Shown here in pieces: positions 21,260 to 34,506 of a stretch of DNA of 64,000 bases. Numbering within the stretch: position 1 is the stretch's first letter; each line of letters starts with the position of its first letter. Location of the stretch: assembly GCF_006345805.1 (NCBI RefSeq), contig NC_043009.1, positions 56,420,001-56,484,000 on the forward strand, in the 5' to 3' direction. The position numbers and the translations under genes were made by a program. The stretch is from Octopus sinensis. Taxonomy: Eukaryota. A model generated the notes under the pieces. That model worked only from the letters and a program-made list of their open reading frames with translations, was not told the origin of the DNA and ran no database searches.

Positions 21260-22139
21260 TATATATATAATATACATACATACATCAAGATATAATTGTG
21301 GAGAGTGTATTGGAAATGCTAACGAAACACTTTCTCTTACTGAATCTGTAAAGAAAGTGGTATGGAAGTGCTATTATGAGAGGCTACTGAATGTGAAGAA
21401 TATATAGGAAAGGGTCTTATCTTTCCAAAGTAAACACAAATGTGGCACCAGCCACATCCAGCCCACATATTCTACCTATTTTATATAAAAACTGACCAGA
21501 TCCAACCTCTTACACCTACCCTAATATGTCATTCTACAAATATGAAAACATACCATTGAAATCTTGGATTTACAAAATAATGCATGATTAATACAATACA
21601 ATGTGAATAAATAGTCATTACATTTGACGGAGTAATCTGAATACTAAAGGGTTAAAGTCGCTAGCAGTATAATTGCATACATAATTATGGATATGAAGGC
21701 AGGGAAAATAGTAGGTCTATCAGGGGATAGTTTCTGAGTTGCTTAAAATATTAGGTGAAGTAGGATGTATGTTAGTCACTTGTGTAATCAATCAGGAAGT
21801 TTTCATACACAATCTGTACAAGGGAATAAGGAAGAAGAGATGAAGTTTTAAAGCAAAGAAATGAATGAACAATTTCAGCATAAATATTCCGGTGTTTGGT
21901 TATTTATTATCTAAAAGGAATAATTTTAGATAATATACCTCATGATATCTTCTGGATAATACCTTATACAATGGAAATAAAAGAAAAGGTTAATTTCACA
22001 AAAATAGATCCTGTGGAGAAAAGTAAGTTCAAAGTTAGAGAGTGACAAAATTAGTAAATATTGATTTCAAATTTTGGTACAAGGCCAGCAAGTTTTTTTT
22101 TTTTTTTGGTGAGGAAGGAAATAAGTCGATTACATTGAC

Positions 22140-23240
22140 AAAACAGATTCCATCACATTCCAGGGGAAGAAACTAGAAGTAGTTGATAGTTTCTGCTACC
22201 TAGGTGACCAAGTAAGTAGTGGAGGTGGATGCTCAGAGAGTGTCACCACTAGAATACGAATAGCCTGGGCAAAGTTTAGAAAGCTTCTACCCCCCACTGG
22301 CGACAAAGGGTCTCTCGCTCAGAGTGAAAGGTAGATTGTACGACGCATGTGTGTGAACTGCCATGCTTCACATTAGTGAAACATGGGCTGTGACTGCAGA
22401 GGACATGCATAGGATTGAAAGAAATGAAGCTAGCATGATCTGCTGGATGTGTAATGTCAGTGTGCACACAAGACAGAGTGTAAGCGCCCTGAGAGAAATG
22501 CTGGACATAAGAAGCATCAGATGTGGCATGCAAGAGAGACGTTTGCACTGGTATGGTCATGTACTATGGATGGATGTGGAGAGATGTGTGAAGAAGTGCC
22601 ACTCCCAAACAGTTGAAGGAATCCGGGGTAGAGGTAGACCCGGGAAGACATGGGATGAGGTGGCCAAGCATGACCAGCAAACGTTGGGCCTCACAGAGGC
22701 AATGATGAAAGACCGAGACCTCCAGAGATATGCTGTGACTGCGAAAACCCGTCAAATAATGTGAGTTCATGGCTGTTTCCTGCACCAGCTTCCCATAGAA
22801 GCTTCAGCCCATCCATAGTACCTTGGATCACAGGATGGCCTGCTCTGCTTACCTTGGATCGTAGGGTGACCTGCTGTGCTTGAGGAGACCTATTGAGTCA
22901 AGTACATCAACATCAAAAAATCAAATGGAAATTGTAGTTGTGATACCTATGCTGGTGGCACGTAAAAAGCACCATCTGAATGTGGCCAATGCTAGTGCTG
23001 CCTTGACTGGCTTCAGTGCCAGTGGCATGTAAAAAGCACCAACTGATCGTGGCCATTTCCAGCCTCCCCTGGCACCTGTGTCGGCAGCACGTAAAAAGCA
23101 CCCACTACACTCACAAGTGGTTGGTGTTAGGAAGGGCATCCAGCTGTAGAAACACTGTCAGATCAGATTGGAGCCTGGTGCAGCCTCCTGGCTTTCCAGA
23201 CCCCAATCGAACCGTCCAACCCATGCTAGCATGGAAAACA
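22140..23240 (+). mobile_element. 5'-truncated RTE-clade LINE: ORF C-terminus plus 3' UTR module
   Basis: [36 protein letters not shown]; ETWAVTAEDMHRIERNEASM; RRLHWYGHV; GRGRPGKTWDEV; contains a frameshift and a stop; followed by gcacgtaaaaagcacc repeats and the ttaggaagggcatccagc module. Confidence 0.88.
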
Positions 23241-24168
23241 GGCTTCCACACAGTTTCCATTTACCAAATTTACTCAGAAGGCATTGGTAAGCCCAGGGCC
23301 ATAATAGAAGATACTTTTCTTAAGTGCCAAGCAGTAGGACTGGACCCCAAACCACATGGCTGCAAAACAAATTCCTTACCTACATACACAACCTTCTCTC
23401 CAAATATATAAAAAAAAATCAATAAAGCTCAACAAGAATATAAATGTGTGGTATGTTGGTGTACTTGAGGAGAATAAATATCTAAAAACATTTTGGGAAA
23501 GGTTAATCATTAGAAAAGAATGAGAACAGACGAAAGTAGTCTTTAAATGGATATAAATAGAGAGAAAAGGAGTGTGAACTAAAAGAAGAAATGATCAGAT
23601 GGACAGGTGAAAGTAAACAAGTAGAAATGAAGTTGAAGTTGTCTGCGACTTATAAACTAAATTATGACTGATGTTGATCATTTAAATAATACTTGTTTTG
23701 TAAATACACCAAGTACTAATTGTTTCCATATAAATTATTATAAAAATGATATTGACATTGATATTGTTTAACACTTTCATGATAACATTTCTGTTGAAAA
23801 ATACTGTAAATTTGGAAAACAATCAGAATATAGAGGAATTTTGTAAAATAGCAGACTTTCTTCAATATTAAGATGATGTCTGGAATATATCACACCAAAA
23901 TATTCTTACTTAAATTCTGATGTAAAGATTAAATTTAAGTATGAAAATTTTCAAATTAGAGTAATTTAATAGTATAATCATATGTAATTTCAAGCAGTTT
24001 TGTATCAAAAGAGTTAAATATTTTCAGGCATTTCCTAACAAGATATATATATATATATGTGTATATATGTATATATATATATGTATATATATAGCATATT
24101 ATAGCCTTAAGTCAATTTGACCAAAGCCTGTGAGTAGATTTTGTAGATGGGAACTGAAAGAAGCTGAT

Positions 24169-24210
<42 letters not shown>

Positions 24211-24558
24211 AGTGCAGGCATGGCTGTGTGGTAAGAAGTTTGGTTCCCAAGCAAATGGTTCTGGATTCTGTACCAATGCATGATTCCTTGGGCAAGTGTC
24301 TTCTACTATAGCCTTGAGTAAAGTCTTGTGAGTAAAGCCTTGTGAGTAAATTTTGTTGATGGAAACTGAAAGAAGCCGATCATATATATATATATATATA
24401 TACACACACATATATATACTTCTAATATAAGGATAAAATTATTTTCCCAAAAAATTTTATCAGTCGCCAGAATATTAAGATACCTTTAAACGTGAAAATT
24501 AAAAATAATTATAAATAAGGGCAAAAGAAATTTTTTTCTTTTTCCCTTATTTATAATT

Positions 24559-24604
<46 letters not shown>

Positions 24605-24665
24605 GTATGTATGTGTGTAGTATGTATGTATATACACACATATGGATGTATGTGTATATATATAT

Positions 24666-25045
24666 TCTTTTTCTTTAGTCATTGACTGTGGCCATGCTGG
24701 GGCACCACCTTTAGTCGAATAAATCATCCCCAGGACTTATTCTTTGTAAGTCTAGTACATATTCTATCCATCTCTTTTTGCCAAACTGTTAGGTTATGGG
24801 GATGTAAACACACCAACATTGGTCGTCAAGCAATGGTGGGGGGACAAACACAGACATAGAAGCATACATATGTATATATATATAACAGACTTCTTTCAGT
24901 TTCTGTCTACCAAATCCACTCACAAGGCTTTGGTTGGCCTGAGGCTACAGTAGAGCACACTTGCCCAATGTGTCATGCGGTGGGACTGAACCTGGAACCA
25001 TGTAGTTGGTAAGCAAACTACTTACCGCACAGCCACTCCTGCACC
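24666..25045 (-). mobile_element. tRNA-derived SINE (OR-like family)
   Basis: Full-length reverse-complement family match. Confidence 0.8.
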
Positions 25046-25047
25046 TA

Positions 25048-25650
25048 TCATCATCATCATCATCATCATCATCATTTAACGTCCGCTTTCCATGCTAGCA
25101 TGGGTTGGACGGTTCAACTGGGGTCTGGGGAGCCCGAAAGCTGCACCAGTCCAGTCAGATCTGGCAGTGTTTCTACAGCTGGATGCCCTTCCTAACGCCA
25201 ACCACTCCGAGAGTGTAGTGGGTGATTTTATGTGCCACCGACACAGGTGCCAGACGAGGCTGGCAAACGGCCACGCTCGGATGGTGTTTTTTATGTGCCA
25301 CCGACACAGGTGCCAGACGAGGCTGGCAGACGGCCACGCTCGGATGGTGTTTTTATGTGCCACCGACACAGGTGCCAGATGAGGCTGGCAAACGGCCATG
25401 ATCGGATGGTGTTTATTACGTGCCCACAGCAAGGAGGCCAGTCGATGCGGTACTGGCTACGGCCACGTTCGGATGGTTTTCTTGTGTGCCACGTGCCACC
25501 GGCACTGGTACCACAAAGATACAAATTCCATTGATGTACATCTATTTTGATTTGTTTTGATTTTCACTTGCCTCAACAGGTCTTCACAAGTGTCACAAGA
25601 AGGAAGGTAAGCACAGGTGGACTGACTACGTCCCAGGTAAGGGCCACGGG
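25048..25650 (-). mobile_element. RTE 3'-UTR-type repeat module with (GAT)n tail and internal 62-63-bp tandem array
   Basis: Homologous to 22870-23240; tandem units start at 25230, 25293, 25355 and 25418. Confidence 0.7.
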
Positions 25651-25654
25651 TTAT

Positions 25655-25894
25655 TATATAGATATATATATGTATATACACATACACGCATATATGAATG
25701 TATGTGTATATATATATATATGTTGTATACATATACATACATATATGATATATATATGTATGTATATATATATATCTATATATATATATATGTGTGTGTA
25801 TACATATATATATATATGTATATAAGATATTTATATATATATATATATATCATATATATGTGTGTGTGTGTCTGTGTCTGTGTATGTATGTATA

Positions 25895-25980
<86 letters not shown>
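25655..25980. repeat. (TA)n/(TG)n compound microsatellite
   Basis: Seen directly in the sequence. Confidence 0.95.
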
Positions 25981-25981
<1 letters not shown>

Positions 25982-27579
25982 AGGTAAATGTCCTGCATTT
26001 GAAAAGCTCCATTCTATTTCAGTTGTGCAAGAGAAAGGTCATTTGAAGTTATTCTGAATGTCAAATGAATTTCATTTTAGGAGTGAAAGATTAGTGGTGA
26101 TAGCAGCGGTGGGGATGCATCATTAGCTGGTAGTGGAAAGAGACATTTGAGAACAAGAATTCATAGTAACTATGGATGATAATAGAGAAAATAGTTCCTG
26201 CAATCTCTGCTCAGTTGTTAGTAAGTTTGAGTGTCACAAAAGAAAGTTATCAATGCTGTTATCAAAGTGGGAATTGAAGCTTTAAATCTAATTCTATTGG
26301 TCAATTCATCCCTCTCTCTCTCTCTCTCTCTCTCTCGGAGAGGCATAAGCACCTACACGCACATATACACACACAGCAGTAACTTCCGCCTACCAAATTC
26401 AATCACAAAGCTTCGGTTGGCCCAGGGCTATAGCAGAAGACACTTGCCCAAAGTGCCATGCGGTGGGACTGAACTCGAAACCATGTAGCTAGGAAGCAAG
26501 CTCCCTAACCACGCAGCCATGCCTGCAATAAAATAAGATGCATCACGTGTGCAATATACCTTTGTTGGTGAAGCTGAAATACAAATAAAATGCCATCAGT
26601 TGGAATTGTCACCTATTTTTCTTTAGTGATTTGTAACTTTTTACAATTAAATTCTGTAGTCTAGTAAGGTTTGTACAGAACAGGCTTTGCCCAAGTAAAG
26701 TTGTTTGCAGTGTTCTATAAATGATTTTGGACATAAGGCTTCGATGTGCAATTATCAGCAGAAATGAAAATTGTATATGTGCTTTTAGAAAATGTTGTCT
26801 TTCCTGAATCTTTACTACAGAACCTGATACAGAGGCATCATGTTCTATATATCCATATATATTAAATTATTTATTGTGTGTGTGTGTGTGTGTGTGCGTG
26901 TGTGTGTCTGTGTGTAATTTCTGTTGTTCTTTCACTCTAAATTTTGAGTTCCTTCACCCTTAATCCCTACCACTCTCTTGTGAGTTTCATCTAACTTCAA
27001 CAATTAGCTCATTAACAATTATTCCTCACATGCCTTTTGTTCCCTTCTGACTGTATACAGTATCAGCTCCTCATTTTATGGCTTCTTAAGTTACATAATT
27101 GAGTCCCAGTATTATTAATTACATTTCTTTTTCTTTCATTAACTTATAGCAGTCAAGGAGGTGCTCATTCCAAACCAACATAGAATGCTTTCAATTTCAT
27201 TGTACATTGTCTCATTTCAACTGTAGAAGCAGTAGCAGTATCTACTCCCTACTTTTTCAATTAAACAGCTTTAATTAACTTATTAACTAGCTAATAATTA
27301 AGCTATTCCTTAACTTAATACTTCTTAACACTAAAATTTAATCTTAATTTTTTCTAATTTAACTTTATTGGCCCCTGAATGATGAAAGTCAAAGTTAATT
27401 CCTGTGGGATTTGAACTTAGAATGTAAAGAGCAGAACAAATACTGCAAATAATCCACCACCCTCCATTGCAGTAGTAATAGTGGTTGTTGTTGTAATAGG
27501 CATAAAGTCAGCAATTTTTTAAGGAACTGGGGATTTGATTACATCAACCCCAGTGCTCCACTGTTACTTATTTTATCAA

Positions 27580-27814
27580 TAGTGAGCAAGCTGGTAGAAT
27601 CATTAGCACGCTGGGCGAAATGCTAAGTGGTATTTCGTCTGCCGCTACATTCTGAGTTCAAATTCCGCTGAGGTCGACTTTGTCTTTCATCCTTTCAGGG
27701 TCGATTAAATAAGTACCAGTTACTCACTGGGGTTGATATAATCGACTTAATCCATTTGTCTGTCCTGGTTTGTCCCCTCTGTGTTTAGCCCCTTTTGGGT
27801 AGTAAAGAAATAGG
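27580..27814 (+). mobile_element. tRNA-derived SINE nested in an older SINE, 15-bp TSD
   Basis: B-box gagttcaaattcc; TSD tacttattttatcaa at 27565-27579 and 27815-27829. Confidence 0.85.
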
Positions 27815-28448
27815 TACTTATTTTATCAACCTAGTATTTGAACTCAGAATGTAATGAGCCATAGGAAATGCTACTAAGCAGTGTATCTGATGTGCTTACT
27901 AATGGTTCTGCCAATAATCCATTATAATAATAAAAATGATGATGATAATGATTATGATACGGTAAACAAATAAATGACATTTAGCAAGCAGAACTAATGG
28001 GCTAGTCAACTGTTTTAACTAACATATTGGATATCAACAGAGACCATTTATCCGAAGCTGTAACATGTCACAGCTTGAATGGTTATCTTTTTTTCTGATC
28101 TGCTGGAATAATTGACCCTGTGTTTCAGAGGACTGTAGATAGTGTAAGAGTGTAAAAATGATCTATTAATAAATACTATGTTGCACCAATGTCATAATTA
28201 CAAATGCTATGGCATGAAGTCATTCCTGATCTCATCTACATGAAATTCACAACAAGCGATCAACCCTCTGCTTCTAAACTCACATCTGAATTATATTGTT
28301 ATGTTGAAGCCAACATTGTTATTATAATGTATACACAGGCATGGCTATGTGGTTAAGAAGCTTGCTTGTTTCAGGTTCAGTTCTACTTGGGGTAAATATC
28401 TTTTACTATGGCTGTACATCATCCACTGCCTTTGTCACCATCCTTTAA

Positions 28449-28668
28449 CCCTTTCGTTACTGTATTTATTTTGAGATGCCCTGTGTTTCTTTCAATTACT
28501 TTAAATATAACAAAGAATTTAGTAAAATAACTTAGTTATCATTCAGCTAGTGTTAGGAACATAAATTGTGACCAAGGTTTGGTGGAAGATTTCAATTCAA
28601 AACTTATGAAAACAAGACATTTGTACTCAGAGCCAGAGCCAGTTTCAGCCAGGTTGGTAACGAAAGGG
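28449..28668. mobile_element. piggyBac-type MITE, 12-bp TIR, TTAA TSD
   Basis: ttaa|ccctttcgttac ... gtaacgaaaggg|ttaa. Confidence 0.85.
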
Positions 28669-28974
28669 TTAATGTCCATTTTCCATGCTGGTATGGGCTG
28701 GATGGTTTGACTGGAGCTGGCTAGCTGCACTAAGTTCCAGTCTGATTTGGTTTGGTTTCTATGGCTGGATGCCCTTCCTAATGCCAACCACTATACAGTG
28801 TGTACTGGGTATTTTTAATGTGGGACCACATGAGCACTACCATGTGGCATTGGCACAAGTGCTTTTTATATGGCACCAGCACACAACTCTTGCAGGCCAA
28901 TCCTTTTCACAAGAGGGAGAGGCCTTAACACTTCTGCTGTGAAGGATGAGTCTTCTGGAATACAGGAAAGTGCT

Positions 28975-29175
28975 AGGTATTTTGGTCCTTTGTCGTCTCA
29001 TCTGAAAGGCTCAGCATCCTGAGGTTGTCCTTCAGCACCTCGTCCAACGTCTTCCTAGGTCTCTCCCTTCAACATGTTCCATTCACTTTGAGAGAATGGC
29101 ACGTCTTTATGGAGCAGTCAGCATCCATCTTCACCACATGACCAAACCAGTGCAGTCTTCTCTCTTGCACACTGC
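28975..29175 (-). mobile_element. RTE LINE 3' ORF fragment
   Basis: Minus frame VQERRLHWFGHVVKMDADCSIKTCHSLKVNGTC*RERPRKTLDEVLKDNL. Confidence 0.75.
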
Positions 29176-30550
29176 GTGTGAAAGTTCATCATCACTATCA
29201 TTTAATATCCACTTTTCCAAGCTCACAGAGGTCAAACAGAATTTGTCGGGGAAGATTTTCCTATGACTAGGTGTTCTCTCTGTCCCTAACCAGGGTAATA
29301 TTCCCTCATGCCCAGAAGTGTTTTTCATGGGAGATTGTAAATGAACATTGCTTCTATGATGATGATAGTCATTTACAATCATCACATGATGTCAAGACAA
29401 AGTTACACACAAACATACATATTGAGTTTCTTTTAGTTTCTGTCTACCAAATCTACTTTTGTTGGTCCAGGGCTATAGAAAAGGATGCTTGCTTAATATG
29501 TGGTTCACAAGAGGACTGAACCTGAGACCATATTGTTGGGTAGCAAGCTTTTTAAACACACAGCCATACCTGCACTTATTTTTTATCTTGTAGTACTTGT
29601 TTCAGCCATTAAACTATGGCCATGCTGGGGCATCAACTTGAAGAATTTTTAGTCAAACGAATTACCCCCAGTACTTATTCCAACACTTTTACCAAATCTC
29701 TAAGTTATGGAGACACAAATACAGACACACATACACAGGTAGAAATAATGCAAAGCAAATTTTCTGACACTCTGCTAACCCAACATCCAAATGGTTTTGA
29801 TCTAGGTAGAAGGTCAGCAATTTTGAAGAGAAGGGATTAATTGAATATATTGCTCCCTACTCTCTAGCATGTGACTGGTACTTTATTTTATTGACTCGGA
29901 AAAGATGAAAGGTAAAATTGACCTTGGCAGGATTTGAACTCAGAAAGTAAAGTAAAGGAAGAAATACCACAAAGTATTTACTCTGATGCTTTACTGATTC
30001 TGCCAGTTCACCAAAAGAGAAGAAAGAGAGCAAAGAAAGATGTTAAAACAGTTGATAATCATTCTTGTATATAAATGTTTATTTTTGTAATATTTTCACA
30101 TACATATATACGGGGTTGAAAATCATTGACATAAAATGGATTCTTAAACAGGCTTTTCTGAAAATCATTAAAGGAATTTGTATGTTTTTTATCTTTTTTT
30201 ATATATGCATATATATACATACATACATACATATATATATATATATATTTGAATGCCACAAGTTTAAGTGACAATATATTATGGTTATAAATACAGTAAA
30301 ATCACAAAATTGAAATTGTTATAAAACATTTGAATTAATTCCTTTGAAAAACGCTGGAGTTGACAGACTAAAATATCAACAAAGCAACATGTTCTGAACT
30401 AGATAAGTGCTGCTACCTCATCATTTAACTATACGTGTGGTAGTGATATTGGTTGCTGGTACCATCCCTGAAAGTGAGCGGTGCAGCTTTCCTCAGTTGT
30501 AAAACACATATGTAACAATAAAGTATCTGTGATAAAACATAGTAAATTGC

Positions 30551-30583
<33 letters not shown>

Positions 30584-32589
30584 GGTGTGTGACCTTGTGA
30601 TTGAGTGTTGGGTACTCATTCATGGGTTACGTAGTGCATTGTATCTTTGAGCAAGGCACTTCATTTCACATTGTCCCAGTCTACCCCTCAGCTGAAATAT
30701 GTATCTGCTGAGTACTGGTGCAACCTTTTCTCTTCCTGGATGTCTAGTTTTGTCCATGGTAGGAAGGTTGACAAAGTGTCTATGTCTGCTCAAGACTACA
30801 GATGCACCTAAAACATGGTACATGCTGCCAAGTCATACTCACTTGCAAGTGATGGCTATATATATATTGTTGTATTTCGGAATGGTCATTTTGCCAGTTT
30901 AGCCAATAAAATCTTGCACAACAAATATATATATATATATATAATGGGTTTGGGAGAACAACAAGAGAAATAGAACTCAAAACGAGTAAAGAAATACTTT
31001 TTAAGTGCCATGCATGAAACTCTCGGCCTTGAGTCACTTCTGTAACTTTTAGCAATTATAAAATAATAGTATATGTGTGTGTGTGTATGTATGAGTGTGA
31101 AGACACACATAGGTTTTTGTGTGTGATATATATGTATATATATACATACATACATACACACATGCGTATATAATGATATAATGCTCTTAATCAAATAAAG
31201 AACATTTTTTAATAATCTACTACAACACTTGTAAAATACAGAATATGCATGCATGTATGTTTGTGTATATATATATATATACACACACACCTGTTTTTAA
31301 ATATGGGTTCTACACTAGTAAAAGCATTTCAAGTTATCCCTAGCTTTCTCCAGGTGTGATATTCTGATCCTTGAAGAGTGTTAAGATAAACATATAACTT
31401 ATACTGGTATCAGATCTATATTCAAATAATACATATATAAACATACAGAGGGAGAAAGAGAAAGAGAGAGAGAGATGTTAAATGTAAAATAAATTCTAAA
31501 GAAATAATTTAACATGAAAATTACTTTATGTCTTTCATAGACATTTGATACATCGGCAATCCAACTTCAGTGCATTTACATTGTAGAAAAAAATTCCCAA
31601 ACAAACCTAAAGTACCAGCAACTTTTAGAGGTTTACAATAACCTTTGATATATGACTGAGGTCAAAAATATAATCAGTCAAAGCTGATAGAGCAGAAAAT
31701 GAATTTTCTAGTATTTGAGAATTTGAAGCTTCTTTAATCTTTTGATCCCAAGAAGTGGCATCCATTGCAAAAAAACTCTTGCACTCAAATTTTATTCAAC
31801 AGTATATGTTTCCTTTATTAACAACTTGCTGTCATTGTACAACAGCTATATATGGTTGTTACAATATTTCATTAAGAAAATTGACTTTGAAAACAAATAT
31901 TTTTATAAAATACTTTTCAATGGATTTTAAAATCTAAAAAAAATGGTGAATAAATATTTTTTAATTAATATAAAAAGTTAACATTAAGGGATTTTGTTGA
32001 CAATCATATTAAAATTCGAACAAAACAATCTTGTATAATGGACTTATCCCTCAAAAGAACATCATAGCTTTAAGGTTGTAGTTAGTTTTAAACTTATTTA
32101 AATTTTGAAAGACCCATATACATAATTGTGAGTTTGTATATATATATATACACACACACACATACATACATACATAAGTATGAATGTATTATGAATGAAA
32201 GACGAATGAACAGGGGTTGAATAATTACTTTCATTAGCTTACTGGTGTTTCTGCTATAAGTAAGTACACACTCAGAGCTGAGTGTCAGTGTAACATCTTA
32301 CTGGTTTTTCAGAGCTGTTTGAATAAAGTGTTTTTCTTTTGCAGAATACATTTAAATACATATAGTTGGATACATCCAGACACACATATAAGTATGTATT
32401 TACCTATGTACTGACATGAGTATGAAACTCTCCAGTAGTGGAATCCTGGTTTGGGAATTCCAGTGTTTTGAGGATTACGGAACCACATCTTAGTCACAAA
32501 CGTTCCCAGGTCTGCTCTGACCTAGAGTAGCAGCACCTATCAGGGTCCCATCTATAGGTTAATTAGCAAGTCATTCAGGCAGTTGGAGT

Positions 32590-32760
32590 CCATTAACCTG
32601 AGGTGGGTGTGTGACCCATCTAAGGAAAGGAGAACCTTGACTCCAAACCTCTACTGCCCTGCGGCCATATCTAGCAGTGACGAAGGCTTCAGGAATAAAC
32701 CCCCGAGGAAAAATTTGGAGTTGGAATCCCTGAGGCAGATCATCACCTACAACCTTGCTC
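32590..32760 (+). mobile_element. Probable RTE-type 5' UTR fragment
   Basis: ggaaaggagaaccttgactccaaacctctactgccctgcggcc...aaacccccgaggaaaaatttggagttggaatccc resembles RTE 5' UTRs (recognised from memory only). Confidence 0.35.
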
Positions 32761-34026
32761 TGGCAACTCTTTCGCTATGATGGAGCCTAATTGTGATGGC
32801 TGAGCTGTTCCATTGGATTCCTCGGTGATGTGGAGAGCAAGGGGGGATATGCTGCATGGGCAATGACCTGTCCTCCATACCATACTGCTCAGGCTAGGAT
32901 CCCATCGAGCATTTTATACTGGAGAAATAGCATTGAACTTTTCAGCCATAGACAACTAAAATTTTTACCCATGGTCATTGATGACAGCATGGAAGCCTTA
33001 GATGTGTATATATGTATGTGTATGTATACACACACATTGAGGACGTGGGACATGTGGAGGGAAGAATGTTGAATTTCAGTAAATTAAGAGAAGTAAAGAG
33101 TGAATTGGCCATTGTAGGTTTATGAAACCAGTCCTATGTGAAATGCTTCAAATGATAATTGTCAAATAAAGGAAAAATCAGATCTTTCTTCAAACATGGT
33201 AGATAATGTTATAAAATCCTAATGTCTTAAAATCAATCAATCAATCAAATTAATATAAAGTAAACTTTACAGAACAGTCACAAAGGATTCAAGTGCCAAA
33301 GTAAGATGTTTTATGATGCTAGTTGACGTCCCATATCTGGGATAAAATAATAATTGAATTCTGGGTTTGAGTCAACTTTATTTTACAGAATTAACAATTA
33401 TTAAGAAATAAAATTAGATCTTTTTCCTTTTCAATAAATAACTTTATTCATTTTTATTAGTTTTCTAAAAAATACATTTTAGAAAGAAAAAAAAAAAAAC
33501 CCAACAAAAACAAAAAAAGCAAAAAAAAAAAAAACAAAACAAAGAATCTATTTGAAATAAATAAATTATAGAATTAAAAAAAAAACTATATAGATGAATA
33601 CTGATATTTTATTTATTATACCCAGAGTCAACATGATTGATCTCATTTTATCACTGGAACAATTTTTATCAACTGCAAAGGGATGGAAAGGCGGAATCAC
33701 TGAGAAGTTAAATATTGCAAATGTCTTTTATTTCTATGCAAGTTAAAACAAAGCATAACAAAAAGGGCATAACAAAATGATAAGCATTAAAAATGTAAAT
33801 ATGTAAGCATATATATATAAATCAACAAGTTATGAAAATAAAATGAGATTTTTAAAGAAATGGTGATCACACCGCAAAATAAAACAAACAACCAATAGTA
33901 AAACAATTAACCCCCATCTATTACCTAGAAGAATCCTTTTACAATTATATACATATATATGGTTGTTTATATGAATTAAATGCTTTGTAAATGTACCTGG
34001 TATCTATTAAAAAGGGTCTTAAAGAG

Positions 34027-34506
34027 TTAACAACTACAGCCATAGTCTTTCTTTCCGTCATCTTGTTGAATATCAGGGCTACAACCAATGTTAGTGATCT
34101 GTGAACTTTCTGAGGTGAATCGTGGGATATAGCTGGGCATCATTGGTTTAGAGTTCTTCAGTTTATGAGCCAGTGTCATAAAAATTGCTTCTACGTGGTT
34201 CGCTTTCTCATCATCTTTAGCTGAAGTTTCAAAAAGGGGCATGTTGTGAGAATCAGCAAATTTCTGGGCTGCATTGGTATTGACAGCAATTCTATCGATG
34301 ATGTCACATTTGTTGCCGACCAAAATTCTTGGAATGTCTTTATTTAAGTTATGACGATCACATTCTTCAATCCAGTTTGGCATGTTCTCAAATGAGCTGA
34401 TCTTTGTAACATCATATACAAAGACAACAGCGTGCACATTCCTGTAATAATGTTGGACCATACTCTTCCGAAATCTTTCTTGCCCTGCTGTATCCCACAG
34501 TTGTAA
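34027..34506 (-). CDS. RAB33: Rab33 last coding exon ([12 protein letters not shown]...YGCSC*)
   Basis: tttcag acceptor on minus, 160 codons including TAA. Confidence 0.95.
   Translation of the reverse strand, partial: LQLWDTAGQERFRKSMVQHYYRNVHAVVFVYDVTKISSFENMPNWIEECDRHNLNKDIPRILVGNKCDIIDRIAVNTNAAQKFADSHNMPLFETSAKDDEKANHVEAIFMTLAHKLKNSKPMMPSYIPRFTSESSQITNIGCSPDIQQDDGKKDYGCSC

Noticed and set aside
25230-25505. 62-63-bp repeat array resembling CRISPR
   Set aside because: Contiguous tandem units without unique spacers, inside a eukaryotic retroelement UTR; no cas genes
32235-32290. Hammerhead-like agct-CTGAGTG...GAAAcaccagTA-agct on minus
   Set aside because: The CUGANGA core and stem II are not satisfied
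34027-34506. Alternative assignment as Rab30 (PCF11's neighbour in human)
   Set aside because: [20 protein letters not shown] and [15 protein letters not shown] are Rab33 signatures
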